This document shows positions 1 through 9,911 of a DNA stretch of 64,000 nt, piece after piece. This DNA comes from Acidobacteriota bacterium (GTDB lineage Bacteria > Acidobacteriota > UBA6911 > RPQK01 > JADFOI01), in the NCBI GenBank assembly GCA_963663035.1, contig OY760074.1, forward strand, positions 1,920,001 through 1,984,000, given 5' to 3'. The position numbers and the translations under genes were made by a program. Every line of letters starts with the position of its first letter. Position 1 is the stretch's first letter. The notes under the pieces are model-generated. The model did not search any database and was not told where the DNA came from. It saw only the letters and a list, made by a program, of their open reading frames with translations.

Positions 1-1
1 G

Positions 2-1042
2 CAGGACCTGGATTTTCCAGAGCCTTCAGACTACAACGCCCTGTTGCTGGAGATGGCAGGGACCCCCCAACTGTGCAGCCGCCGCTGGGTCTACCAGCAA
101 TATGACCACATGGTCCGCACCAATACGGCCATTCTGCCGGGAAGCGATGGGGCAGTGCTTCGTTTGAAGGGAAGCGCGGGTGGGCTGGCTGTGAGCCTGG
201 ATGGGAACAGCCGTTTCAGCTATCTGGACCCCCGAATGGGCGCCATGCTGGCGGTCGCCGAGAGCTGCCGCAATGTGGTCTGCTGCGGAGCCCGTCCCCT
301 TGGAGCAACCAACTGTTTGAACTTCGGCAGCCCCGAGAATCCAGAGGTGATGTGGCAGTTTATCCAGACCGTGGAGGGAATTGCCCGCGCCTGTGAAGTC
401 TTCTCCACCCCCGTTACCGGCGGCAATGTCAGCTTCTACAACGAAACCAACGGCACCGCGATCCTCCCCACACCGGTACTGGGAATCGTGGGTAAGATTG
501 ATGACCTCCAGAAGAGACGGGAATCGTACTTTAAGAATCCAGGAGATCAAGTCTATCTGCTGGGAGAAACCAGGGAAGAACTGGGCGGCAGCGTCTACCT
601 GGAGCACCTGGGGTTGCCCCTGTGCGGGCCCTGCCCTGCCATCGATCTGGCTCAGGAGAAAGCCCTGCAAGAGGGGCTGCTTGCCTTGATCGATCAGGGA
701 TTGATCGAATCGGCCCATGATGTTTCCGAAGGAGGGCTTGTGTTAGCGCTGGCTGAATGCTGTTTTGCCCGCAAGTGCGGCCTTCAGATTGAAGCTTCCA
801 CAGCGCTGCGTCCCGATCATTACCTTTACAGTGAGACACCCAGCCGCATCGTGGTCTCGGTCAAAAAAGAGGGGGAAGCAAAGTTCCTGGAAGGGGTTTC
901 GGGTCTTTCGGTGAGCAAGCTGGGAGAAGTGGTGGATCAAGGTTTCCAGATCTCAGTCAATGAGCAAACTTTGATCTCGATTCCCATTGAAAGTATATTT
1001 CAGGTCTGGAATAATTCTTTGGAGGAGGTTTTTGAACGTTGA
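2..1042 (+). CDS. purL: Phosphoribosylformylglycinamidine synthase large subunit, C-terminal part (start lies upstream of window)
   Basis: Motifs WVYQQYDHMV, TNCLNFGSPE, GGNVSFYNET, SAHDVSEGG; frame is open from base 2; followed by purF-purM-purN. Confidence 0.96.
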   Translation, partial: QDLDFPEPSDYNALLLEMAGTPQLCSRRWVYQQYDHMVRTNTAILPGSDGAVLRLKGSAGGLAVSLDGNSRFSYLDPRMGAMLAVAESCRNVVCCGARPLGATNCLNFGSPENPEVMWQFIQTVEGIARACEVFSTPVTGGNVSFYNETNGTAILPTPVLGIVGKIDDLQKRRESYFKNPGDQVYLLGETREELGGSVYLEHLGLPLCGPCPAIDLAQEKALQEGLLALIDQGLIESAHDVSEGGLVLALAECCFARKCGLQIEASTALRPDHYLYSETPSRIVVSVKKEGEAKFLEGVSGLSVSKLGEVVDQGFQISVNEQTLISIPIESIFQVWNNSLEEVFER

Positions 1043-2481
1043 CTAGAGAATTCCCGAACGACAAGTTCCACGACGAGTGTGGCGTGTTTGGAATCAACTC
1101 TTACGAGGACGCCGCCCGACACACCTACCTTGGCCTCTATGCACTCCAACATCGGGGACAGGAGTCGGCCGGGATCATCAGTACGGATGGATCAGAGCTC
1201 TACCAGGAGAAGGGTATGGGCTATGTGGCCGATGTCTTTGACGATCAGAAGCTCGGCGCACTGGTGGGGAAATCCGCTATTGGCCACGTGCGCTATTCGA
1301 CGGCCGGGGACACCTCCCTGGCCAATGCTCAGCCGATCGTCTCCGAGTCGTGGCGTGGCCCCATCGCTCTGGCACACAATGGAAACTTCGTCAACGTCCT
1401 TCGTCTTCGCCACAAACTGGAGAATGACGGAGCGAGCTTTCAAACCTCCAGTGACACTGAAGTCGTTCTGCACTTGCTTGCCCGCTCGCCCCAAGAAAAC
1501 CTCGACGAGGCCATTCAGGAAGTGCTCCAGCAACTCCAGGGAGCTTATTCCATGGTGCTGCTCACCACACACCAGCTTTACGCCATTCGGGACCCTTTCG
1601 GAGTTCGGCCGCTCTGTCTGGGCCGCATGGATGGTTCCTACACGGTAGCATCCGAGACTTGCGCCTTTGACCTCATCGGGGCCGAATACATCAGAGATGT
1701 TGCTCCTGGCGAAGTCCTGAAGATTGAGGCCGGGCAACTTCAGTCCTTTTTCCTCCCACCCGCCCCGCGACATGCCCACTGCATCTTTGAGCACGTCTAC
1801 TTCAGCCGTCCAGACAGCCAGGTCTTTAACAGAAGTGTTCACCGAAGCCGTTACGAGATGGGTCGAAGATTAGCACGAGAAGCTCCCGTGGAAGCAGACC
1901 TGGTGGTACCCGTTCCTGACTCGGGTATGACGGCTGCCTTGGGTTACTCGGAAGAGTCGGGAATCCCTTTCAACCTGGGCTTGATTCGCAACCACTATGT
2001 GGGCCGCACCTTCATTGAACCGAAACAGGCCATCCGCCATTTCGGCGTCAAAGTCAAGCTCAACCCCGTCAAGGAACTCCTTGAAAATAAGAGAGTTATA
2101 CTCATCGACGATTCCATTGTCCGGGGGACCACGAGTCGCAAGATTGTTGAGTTGGTTCGATCCGCCGGAGCCACCGAAGTCCATTTAAGAATCAGTTCCC
2201 CTCCCACCATCTCTCCTTGTTATTACGGGATAGACACCCCCACCCATGGGGAGCTGATTGGAGCCAATAAAACCGTGGAAGAGATCCTTGAATTCACCCG
2301 TGCAGACACTCTCCACTACCTCTCTCTTGAAGGTATGAAAGAGGCTGTCTCCGATGAACAAAACTTCTGCAGCGCTTGCTTTGATGCCCAATACCCCATT
2401 TCCATCTCCTTGGAAACTTCTCAAAAGAGCCTCTTCGAGTTGGAGAGGGTGGCGGTGCCTGAACCCACGACGAGCTCATGA
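1039..2481 (+). CDS. purF: Amidophosphoribosyltransferase
   Basis: Propeptide plus ECGVFG N-terminal nucleophile, QHRGQESAG, GHVRYST, DDSIVRGTT PRPP loop. Confidence 0.97.
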   Translation: MTREFPNDKFHDECGVFGINSYEDAARHTYLGLYALQHRGQESAGIISTDGSELYQEKGMGYVADVFDDQKLGALVGKSAIGHVRYSTAGDTSLANAQPIVSESWRGPIALAHNGNFVNVLRLRHKLENDGASFQTSSDTEVVLHLLARSPQENLDEAIQEVLQQLQGAYSMVLLTTHQLYAIRDPFGVRPLCLGRMDGSYTVASETCAFDLIGAEYIRDVAPGEVLKIEAGQLQSFFLPPAPRHAHCIFEHVYFSRPDSQVFNRSVHRSRYEMGRRLAREAPVEADLVVPVPDSGMTAALGYSEESGIPFNLGLIRNHYVGRTFIEPKQAIRHFGVKVKLNPVKELLENKRVILIDDSIVRGTTSRKIVELVRSAGATEVHLRISSPPTISPCYYGIDTPTHGELIGANKTVEEILEFTRADTLHYLSLEGMKEAVSDEQNFCSACFDAQYPISISLETSQKSLFELERVAVPEPTTSS

Positions 2482-3518
2482 GTCAAGACTCAGGTCTGAC
2501 CTACAGTGACAGCGGCGTCGACATCGATCGCGCCAATCAGGCCAAAGAACGCATCAAAGAACTGGCCCGCTCCACCTTCAACTCGGCGGTGATGAGCGAA
2601 ATCGGTGCATTTGCCGGATTGTACCGGCTCGATTTGAGCAATTTCCAAAAGCCGGTTCTGGTCTCCACTACCGACAGCGTGGGAACCAAGCTAAAGCTCG
2701 CCTTTTTGACAGGCATCCACAACACGGTCGGGATTGATATCGTCTCCCACTGCACCAACGACATCCTGGCTCAAAGGGCCTTCCCCATCTTCTTCCTGGA
2801 CTACATTGGAATAGGGACCCTGGAGCCTGAAGTGGTCGAGCAGATCGTTCAAGGCCTGGTTGAGGGCTGTTCACAGTCGGACTGTGCCCTGCTGGGCGGG
2901 GAGACTGCCGAGTTGCCCGATTTCTATCAGGTCGGGGAATACGATCTGGTGGGGTTCATGGTGGGTCTGGCTGATGAGTTTAAAATACGCGACTCCGGTA
3001 AGGTCCAAAAGGGGGATGTCTTGATCGGGCTCCCCTCCTCAGGCCTTCACACCAATGGCTATTCTCTGGTCAGAAAGCTCTTCTTCGAGCAGGAGAAGCT
3101 CAAGATTGACACCCACCTGGAGGAGCTGGGCAAAACGGTGGGCGAGGAGCTGCTGGTCCCCCACCGCAACTACCTGCCGGTGATCAAGGAACTGCTTCAG
3201 AGCGACGACCTGCACGCACTGGCCCACATCACCGGAGGAGGCATTACCGAGAATCTGCCTCGGGTTCTGCCCCCCCATCTAGACGCTCGAATCGAGCGGG
3301 GAACCTGGGAAGTTCTCCCCATCTTCTCTTTCATTCGGGAGCGGGGGAAGGTTGAGACCGAGGAGATGTACCGGACCTTCAACATGGGACTGGGGATGAT
3401 TCTGGTCGCCGACAGAGAGCGGGCCCAGCGGGTACAGGATTTTCTGGCGGCCCGCAATGAGCGGTTCTACCTGATTGGCGAGATCACAGACGGTAGCGGA
3501 AAGGTTCAGTACCAATGA
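2478..3518 (+). CDS. purM: Phosphoribosylformylglycinamidine cyclo-ligase (AIR synthase)
   Basis: YSDSGVDI, DSVGTK, GGETAE, SSGLHTNGYS, HITGGG, RTFNMG. Confidence 0.97.
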   Translation: MSQDSGLTYSDSGVDIDRANQAKERIKELARSTFNSAVMSEIGAFAGLYRLDLSNFQKPVLVSTTDSVGTKLKLAFLTGIHNTVGIDIVSHCTNDILAQRAFPIFFLDYIGIGTLEPEVVEQIVQGLVEGCSQSDCALLGGETAELPDFYQVGEYDLVGFMVGLADEFKIRDSGKVQKGDVLIGLPSSGLHTNGYSLVRKLFFEQEKLKIDTHLEELGKTVGEELLVPHRNYLPVIKELLQSDDLHALAHITGGGITENLPRVLPPHLDARIERGTWEVLPIFSFIRERGKVETEEMYRTFNMGLGMILVADRERAQRVQDFLAARNERFYLIGEITDGSGKVQYQ

Positions 3519-4114
3519 AGCAGGTCGCCATTTTGCTCAGTGGCCGGGGATCCAACTTTCTAGCCCTCTCAGATGCTATTGAGGCCGGTGATATTCCCGC
3601 TCGCATCGCTCTGGTTGTCTCCAACAGACCCGATGCCCCGGGTCTCCAGCACGCCCAGGAGCGTAACTACAAGGCCATTTGCATTCCATCAGCCGGTCTT
3701 GAGCGGGAAGCCTATGACCGTCAGGTGGTCAAGGAGATGCATGCCGCCCAGGTGGACATCGTCTGTTTGGCAGGTTTTATGCGACTTTTGAGTCCCTGGT
3801 TCGTGCAACAGTACCCTCTCGGCATCCTCAACATTCATCCTTCCCTTCTTCCCGCCTTTCCCGGCTTACATGCCCAGAGGGACGCTCTCGAGTGGGGGGC
3901 GAAGGTCAGCGGCTGTACGGTCCATTTTGTGGACGAAGACCTGGACCACGGTCCCATCCTCCTGCAGCATGCGGTCTCTGTCCTGGATGATGATACCGAG
4001 GAAACGCTCTCGGAGCGCATTTTGCAGCACGAGCACCAGATCTACCCGGCAGCTCTCAAGCTGGTGTGTGAGGAGAGGGTCCGTTTGGAGGGACGGCGGG
4101 TGCTCACTCGCTAG
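3515..4114 (+). CDS. purN: Phosphoribosylglycinamide formyltransferase
   Basis: LSGRGSN, LAGFMR, NIHPSLLP, GCTVHFV..DHGP. Confidence 0.97.
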   Translation: MKQVAILLSGRGSNFLALSDAIEAGDIPARIALVVSNRPDAPGLQHAQERNYKAICIPSAGLEREAYDRQVVKEMHAAQVDIVCLAGFMRLLSPWFVQQYPLGILNIHPSLLPAFPGLHAQRDALEWGAKVSGCTVHFVDEDLDHGPILLQHAVSVLDDDTEETLSERILQHEHQIYPAALKLVCEERVRLEGRRVLTR

Positions 4115-4263
4115 CCCGGATCATGCATAAATTCTCTACTGCAGCGACAAAATCATCCGCCCTGCCAGCGTTGCACGACCCGCACAAGCGGGTACCCCTC
4201 GCGCGCCTTGTCAGGCCGGCGCCTTCGCCGCTTCATAACGAGAACCTATGCTTAATCCGGGCT
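4112..4263. mobile_element. MITE-like element, short copy (~152 bp)
   Basis: Imperfect terminal inverted repeats TAGCCCGGATCATGCATA / TATGCTTAATCCGGGCT; homologous to the reverse complement of 51278-51492; overlaps the purN TAG. Confidence 0.8.
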
Positions 4264-4271
4264 TGCCGACT

Positions 4272-4793
4272 TCACTCCACCTCCATGAGGCGCGTTCTTT
4301 CCCCTTCCGCCCACTCACAGATCACCCCGATATCCTCCTCACCGAGGTGAGACTCATCATGCATCCACTGGTAGGGGCGAGTGGGCATGTCTCCCGTTTT
4401 GACCAGCTCACATGTTTCCTCCAGCAGGCGGATGACCTCTTCCCTGTCATAGTTTGTCCAGTCGGAAAAATTCATGTGGCTGCGCCCCAGGTTGACATTG
4501 TCGATGACAAACCAGGAAACGGGAGCCACGCTGCTGTACCAGGGCCACTCGGTCTTGTGAGAATGACAGTTCTGGCAGGCGCGCTCGAAAAGGGCGCTGA
4601 CTTGAGAAGTGACCTTCAGATGCGCTTCAACGGGTCGCAGTGGATCGATGGGAGGGTTTGATTTCTCAGGCCCCAGGAACTGGATCAGCAGAAGAAAAGC
4701 TGGCACTCCAATCACAATCCGCTTCCTTGCCTTTATGTGGTTTCCTCGAAGAGAGTTCAGCTTAGACTCCTCATATTTACAGCCGGGTGCCAA
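4272..4793 (-). CDS. Haem-binding (cytochrome c-like) domain protein; true start probably downstream of 4793
   Basis: TM segment, then CQNCH haem-c motif followed by TEWPWYSSVAPVSW and a distal MP, typical of the Haem_bd family. Confidence 0.82.
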   Translation of the reverse strand: MAPGCKYEESKLNSLRGNHIKARKRIVIGVPAFLLLIQFLGPEKSNPPIDPLRPVEAHLKVTSQVSALFERACQNCHSHKTEWPWYSSVAPVSWFVIDNVNLGRSHMNFSDWTNYDREEVIRLLEETCELVKTGDMPTRPYQWMHDESHLGEEDIGVICEWAEGERTRLMEVE

Positions 4794-4839
4794 GAGTTAT
4801 TTCAGGATCTGACCCCTTCTGTCAACCCGGCCGGCTGCC

Positions 4840-4868
4840 TTGAATTGAGGGAAACCCTTAGCTATACT
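4840..4868 (+). promoter_or_regulatory. sigma70-type promoter of tRNA-Ile
   Basis: TTGAAT-17 nt-TATACT ending 19 nt before the tRNA. Confidence 0.65.
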
Positions 4869-4887
4869 TCACTTCCGCTTACACTGT

Positions 4888-4965
<78 letters not shown>

Positions 4966-4974
4966 AGAGAATCA

Positions 4975-6274
4975 GGGTGCATTCCGGACACATAGGTTAC
5001 AGTTTATTCCGAAGACATAGGTAACACCTTTGCACCAAAAGGGTTATTTATAGGTTCAAACCTTCTACTGTCTTCGTCAAAGTAACCGAGGTCGTATTCC
5101 ATAAACGACACCAGCCAAATTTTCTCTTTGACCTCTTTGATTCCAACATCTTGACCAGCAAACACCGTGCTGAAGTTGATCTTTTGACTTTTCATACAGA
5201 TTCTGCCGCAGCTGGTGACGGTCACGGTGCGATCGTGCATGGGGTACTCGACGCGCCCGATTCCTCGGTAGGGACAAGATGCGGGAGTATAGACCTCGGA
5301 CGGAAACTTCATGCCCAGGGCCTCATGAGGTCTCTCAGTATTGTATTCCGCCTGAAAGGCATTAAACCTCTCTTGCTGCTGAAGAAGGTTGTGGGCAGCG
5401 GGAACGACTGTGGCCTTCTTGAGGGTGAGATGAAGGCGCTCATGCCTTCCGTTCTGCTCGGGATGGCCGGGCTTGATCCTCTCGATTCGGATTCCTAGCC
5501 TAAGCCACCAGACGGCCAGTCGACTGAGTCCAAACAATCCGTTGGGTGATGCAAAAGGGACTCCGTTGTCCGTGCGGATCGCTTCCGGCAAACCTAACTC
5601 TTGAAAGGTTCTCTCGAATACGGGGAAAGCACCTCTTTCCTTAACACTGTCGAGAGCCTCGATGGCGAGCAGATAACGGCTGGCGTGATCGCTCACGGTG
5701 AGAGGATAACAGTACCGTTTGTCTCCCAGCATGAACTCTCCTTTGAAGTCGGCAGACCAAAGGTCATTGGGATTCTGGCTGCTGGACAATCGAGTCCCCT
5801 CTGCCTTGAACCGTCGCCGTTTTCTACAGTTCACCAGGCCGTTGCGATCCAGAACCGCGTGAACTGTGCTCACCGCAGGCGGCCGTACATTCGGAAACCT
5901 ACGAATCAGGAGCGCCCGAATCTTGGGAGCTCCCCAATACGGCTTCTCTCGCTTTAGCCTGACCAGGGTCCGTTCCACCTGTTCGGGCAGTTGGTTTCCG
6001 TAACGATGCGGCTTGCGGCTCCGATCCACCAGGGCGTAAGCGCCGGTGTTTTGATAGCGGTTCCAAATCTTGTAGCCCGTCTTTCTGGATATCCCAAACT
6101 CCTCACACAGACGGCTCATGGACTCCCCATCCAACAGCTTCGCTATAAATCTCATTCTCTCGTCCATCACACAGATCTCCTTCCATGGCATCTCTGGGCA
6201 CCTCCCAGAAGAAGCCTATAAGTGTTACCCATGTGTCCGGTATAATTTGTTACCCATCTCTCGGAATGGGCACA
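4975..6274 (-). mobile_element. IS481-family insertion sequence
   Basis: One end TGTGCCCATTCCGAGAGATGGGTAACA (minus strand, from 6274); related end GTGCATTCCGGACACATAGGTTACA near 4977, which lacks a clear terminal TGT; subterminal repeated GGTAACA boxes; encloses transposase. Confidence 0.88.
5004..6191 (-). CDS. IS481-family DDE transposase
   Basis: MPWKE N-terminus, HTH, WSADFKG, RTDNG, QNGRHER.H DDE core. Confidence 0.95.
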   Translation of the reverse strand: MPWKEICVMDERMRFIAKLLDGESMSRLCEEFGISRKTGYKIWNRYQNTGAYALVDRSRKPHRYGNQLPEQVERTLVRLKREKPYWGAPKIRALLIRRFPNVRPPAVSTVHAVLDRNGLVNCRKRRRFKAEGTRLSSSQNPNDLWSADFKGEFMLGDKRYCYPLTVSDHASRYLLAIEALDSVKERGAFPVFERTFQELGLPEAIRTDNGVPFASPNGLFGLSRLAVWWLRLGIRIERIKPGHPEQNGRHERLHLTLKKATVVPAAHNLLQQQERFNAFQAEYNTERPHEALGMKFPSEVYTPASCPYRGIGRVEYPMHDRTVTVTSCGRICMKSQKINFSTVFAGQDVGIKEVKEKIWLVSFMEYDLGYFDEDSRRFEPINNPFGAKVLPMSSE

Positions 6275-6420
6275 ATTCACTTAGCGTGACTGCTTCTTCC
6301 CTGCATTTTCCCCTGTGTCAGTAAAAGGTACTCAGGACCAAGGCGAATTGTGGAAGCAGGGCCGTAGGGCAGGTTCTTCTTGCGTCTTATGCGGACAATC
6401 GGGATGTTATACTGATCAAT

Positions 6421-6897
6421 ATGAACTCCTTTCGGAGCAATAAGATGCGCGTTTCTCGACTTATTCTTAAGGTATTAACTCTAAGTTGTATATTGTCAGG
6501 TGCATCCGCACCTTTGGCCAAAGCGGTGCAGGACACTGACGATTGCGTGAGCTCGGGGTACACGCTGCCTTGGATGGCAAAGCCAGTTCTTAGAGTTGAG
6601 GCCCAAGGCTGTTTGGACACCCGCAAAGGCCATGTCAGTCTTGAAGAGATGCTCCCCTCTGGGGGATGGAACCCTCTCACCGAACTTGTCGTCGATTTGG
6701 AACCAGGCGAGGTGGTCTGGGGCAGGTTTTGCTCGCGCGATGACGTGCACAACGCCGAACTGGTCGCCGCTGGTCCTAGGAGCGCCAAAGATTGCTTCAT
6801 GATCGAAACTCCTCGCCTTGCCTGGAGGGTCGATCAACAGCTGAAACGATTGGAGCCGATTGATCCTGAAGGCATCGTTTGTGACAGTCCATGTTAA
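6421..6897 (+). CDS. Hypothetical secreted Cys-containing protein (start possibly 6445)
   Basis: Signal-peptide-like N-terminus (..LAKA), several Cys; no recognised family. Confidence 0.55.
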   Translation: MNSFRSNKMRVSRLILKVLTLSCILSGASAPLAKAVQDTDDCVSSGYTLPWMAKPVLRVEAQGCLDTRKGHVSLEEMLPSGGWNPLTELVVDLEPGEVVWGRFCSRDDVHNAELVAAGPRSAKDCFMIETPRLAWRVDQQLKRLEPIDPEGIVCDSPC

Positions 6898-7032
6898 CGG
6901 TGCCTGTGTCCAATATCGCCTAACAACACGTTCCAGCCGACTCACCGGCTGCTCACAGCCCGCCAAGATGGAATAGACTGCTTTTCTTTCCCTGGTATCC
7001 ATCACGAGACGCCAATAGACCGCACCTCATCG

Positions 7033-7725
7033 ATGCGATACCATGACCCAGACATGACATCTCGGCTCCAGAGCGGCCTGCTTTTGATGAAGGCTGTCTT
7101 GATGATCGTGTTGATTTTGATCGCCTTCTCGGTCCAAGCACAGAGGCCAGAACCCATCTCTCAAACATTTGAGGTGGGTCAAACCATTCTTGCTTACATC
7201 TCCCAGGAGGATCCCGCCTATCGGCCGGGAGACCGCGCCCTGGCTGAATGGGCGTTGGAGGCGTGGAGAAAGGCCAGCGGTGGAACCCTTGAGTTTGAGA
7301 TTGTGGAAGAGGAGCGGGCTCTGTTGCGCCTCTATTGGGTTTCCCCCCAGGGAAGTCGTTACGGGGAAATGCGCCCAATTTTGGTGCAGGGCAGCCGGGG
7401 GGCTGCAGTCTTCGTGAGATCGGAAGTTGAGGGCTTGGGAGCTGAGATCGATGCCCTGGCTCGAGAAGACTCGCTCTTTAGGGACACCGTAGTCTATCTC
7501 ACGTGCCTGCACGAGATAGGGCACGCCCTTGGGCTGAAACACAGCGCCAACTTCGAGGACATCATGTTCTTCTTCGGCTATGGCGGGGACATCCTGAATT
7601 ACTTTCTGAGGTACCGCCAGAAGCTTCAAAGGCGTGAAGACATTTCGCGGCACTGGGGCCTTTCGGAAGTGGACATTCGGCACCTCCGCCGCCTCTACCC
7701 TCCATCTGACCTTGACGCATTTTGA
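7033..7725 (+). CDS. Matrixin-like zinc metallopeptidase (metzincin), secreted
   Basis: HEIGHALGLKH zinc motif and Met-turn DIMF; signal-peptide-like segment ending VQA. Confidence 0.85.
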   Translation: MRYHDPDMTSRLQSGLLLMKAVLMIVLILIAFSVQAQRPEPISQTFEVGQTILAYISQEDPAYRPGDRALAEWALEAWRKASGGTLEFEIVEEERALLRLYWVSPQGSRYGEMRPILVQGSRGAAVFVRSEVEGLGAEIDALAREDSLFRDTVVYLTCLHEIGHALGLKHSANFEDIMFFFGYGGDILNYFLRYRQKLQRREDISRHWGLSEVDIRHLRRLYPPSDLDAF

Positions 7726-7751
7726 GAAGCATCGTCTAGTGTGTCATTTAA

Positions 7752-7839
7752 GGCATCTCTGGACACCTCCCAAAAGAAGCCTAAAGGTGTTACCCATGTG
7801 TCCGGCATAATTGATTACCCATCTCTTGGAATGGGCACA
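7752..7839 (-). mobile_element. Isolated IS481 end (IRL plus RBS and start codon) remnant
   Basis: Diverged direct-repeat copy of 6187-6274; reading frame is ATG CCT TAA. Confidence 0.85.
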
Positions 7840-8082
7840 ATCACTTCCAGCAATCTCTGATCCACCAAACGTTGCTGGGTGACAGCAATCACGGTTTTCC
7901 ATCCTGCCAGAGGGTACCCTGATTGCAAGATAGGCCATTTCAGAAAACAAAAACCGACTCGCAAGGGATCCTGCTTCAGAGCGCTGCGCATAAGGGCCAA
8001 ACAGCCCGCGCTTTGAATTGGGTGTCATGGTAACGGACCGCATACCTGTCCAGGCGAGTAAAGAGAACACAGGGAGAAAGTT

Positions 8083-8691
8083 ATGCTTAGACGAGTGACA
8101 CTCTTTGCCGTTGTTGTGCTCATAGCGCTGACGGGCACCTTTGCCCAGACTCCCGCCGAAATGACCCTGAGTGGAGTGTTATTGCTCAACGTTCCTTTTG
8201 ATCGGGACAACGACGATGACGACGATGACGACGATGATGCGGGCCAGACTCCCCAAGGAGGCAACTGCCCCTGCAATTACGACGTCGCCTTCTGGACCGA
8301 GCCGAGCTTGGAAACCCCCATCTTACGGACAGAAGGTCTTACAGCCTGCGACCCGGCGAGTACCTCCATCAACACTTGTTTTACTTGCAAGATTACGATG
8401 TGGTCCTTCGACACAACCACATTCCTGAGCAAAGTCGTGGACCTTTGGGACGGTGACACCCGCGCCAGGCAGGATGCTCTCTTTTTCTTCGCTACTGAGC
8501 CCTCGCCTGAACCTCCTTCAGTTGGAGCATGTTTCGCTGAAGGTTCCGTCGACTCCGACATTTTCTACGCCACCTTCAACCCATCAACACAAGAAGACGG
8601 TGAGTTGCCTGTGATAAACGCCCAATTTCCCATGTGCCTGTCAGATCTGACAGCATTGCAGGAAGCGTTTCTCGCCCTATGCCCGCAGTGA
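8083..8691 (+). CDS. Hypothetical secreted acidic Cys-rich protein with poly-Asp tract
   Basis: GGGAGA RBS, signal peptide ..TFA-Q, (GAY)n tract, CPC and CFTC motifs. Confidence 0.65.
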   Translation: MLRRVTLFAVVVLIALTGTFAQTPAEMTLSGVLLLNVPFDRDNDDDDDDDDDAGQTPQGGNCPCNYDVAFWTEPSLETPILRTEGLTACDPASTSINTCFTCKITMWSFDTTTFLSKVVDLWDGDTRARQDALFFFATEPSPEPPSVGACFAEGSVDSDIFYATFNPSTQEDGELPVINAQFPMCLSDLTALQEAFLALCPQ

Positions 8692-8816
8692 CGGGCCGGA
8701 GCGGTTCTCAGGCATCTCGTATCTGCTTCCATGGTCTCCTGGTGTGATGAGCATCACTGCGATCTTGATCGGATCGGTCCATAGTGTTCCCTGTTGAACC
8801 AGAGGAGGGAAAAGTC

Positions 8817-9281
8817 ATGCCTTATCGCTTCCCGTTTGCTTTCGTGGTCTTCTTTTTATCAGCCAGCCTGCTTTTCGTAGTCCCGTTAAATGCGAGGGTA
8901 CAGAAAGGCAAATCGAAAAGCGCTCATGAGGCTCATGAGAAAGGAGATGGAGTGGCCGTCTCAGTCTCAGTCCGTGTTTTCGGGGACAGCCAGGAAGCCA
9001 TTATCCGTGACTGGTTTTCCAACCGGAAGAATTTGGAAGGCCTGCCACCCGGATTGGCGAAACGCGAAGAACTTCCTGCTGGGCTGAAGCGTCAAATGAA
9101 GAGAAACGGAAGTTTACCTCCTGGATTGGAAAAGCACCTTCACCCGCTGCCGCTGGATCTGGAGGACTTACTGCCCGAGCTATCTGAGGGCGTTGTACGA
9201 GTCATCATCGGAGTCGATATCGTACTTCTTGACAAGACCTCGAACCTCATCCTGGATATTGTTGGCGAAGTCTTTTTCTAA
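8817..9281 (+). CDS. Periplasmic LPPG-repeat protein (RcnB/CigR-like)
   Basis: GAGGAGG RBS, signal peptide, LPPGLAKR..LPAGL..LPPGLEK repeats, C-terminal beta strands. Confidence 0.7.
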   Translation: MPYRFPFAFVVFFLSASLLFVVPLNARVQKGKSKSAHEAHEKGDGVAVSVSVRVFGDSQEAIIRDWFSNRKNLEGLPPGLAKREELPAGLKRQMKRNGSLPPGLEKHLHPLPLDLEDLLPELSEGVVRVIIGVDIVLLDKTSNLILDIVGEVFF

Positions 9282-9295
9282 GTCAGTGAACGCTA

Positions 9296-9712
9296 TTGTT
9301 GATGCACTCTAAGGCCCGAATCTTGACCAGCGCACTTCTGCTGGTTTCCGGTCTTGTAATCGAGTTAACCGTCCTGGATATTATCCCCATCGATGACAAC
9401 CTGGTTCACGCTACAGACTGGGTCATCGCGCTGTTAGGCATCCTCTTTCTGAGTGGCGGTTTGGTCGTTGTTGTCAGCCCCGAAAGTAGCATCGCAACCT
9501 GGTCCGCGGGTACTCTCGTGATTGGAATGACAATGGTCAGCGCATGGGTCGCTGTGTACGGATCAAGCGAGCACCTCTCCGGTGACTTGCCTTTTATCTC
9601 CCGGGGCACCAACGTCATCATCGCCAGGATCATCTTTGGGTGCGTATCATTACTCGGTCTGGCCATCATCATCGCAGCTGCAAAGAAAACCTGGAGCCGG
9701 GGCGATGCCTGA
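9296..9712 (+). CDS. Hypothetical 4-TM membrane protein
   Basis: Four hydrophobic segments. Confidence 0.65.
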   Translation: MLMHSKARILTSALLLVSGLVIELTVLDIIPIDDNLVHATDWVIALLGILFLSGGLVVVVSPESSIATWSAGTLVIGMTMVSAWVAVYGSSEHLSGDLPFISRGTNVIIARIIFGCVSLLGLAIIIAAAKKTWSRGDA

Positions 9713-9911
9713 ACCAGGGAGCCTCTTCTCTCGGAGAAGGACCTCGTTTCGGTTCAAGTCACATCAATTGGATCCAAGGTGTAGGCTGGCAGGATATTTT
9801 CCGAGTAGAGCAGGGCATACACAAAGGTCTGATCTGTCTTCTTCCCAGGATGTAGGACGTTGTTGTCCAACCATTCCCTCCAGTGTTTAAGGCCACGCTC
9901 AAGATCAATAT

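Noticed and set aside
4123-4350. ORFs MHKFSTAA.. here and at 51287-51481 look like paralogs
   Set aside because: They are translations of the two MITE copies, not supported genes.
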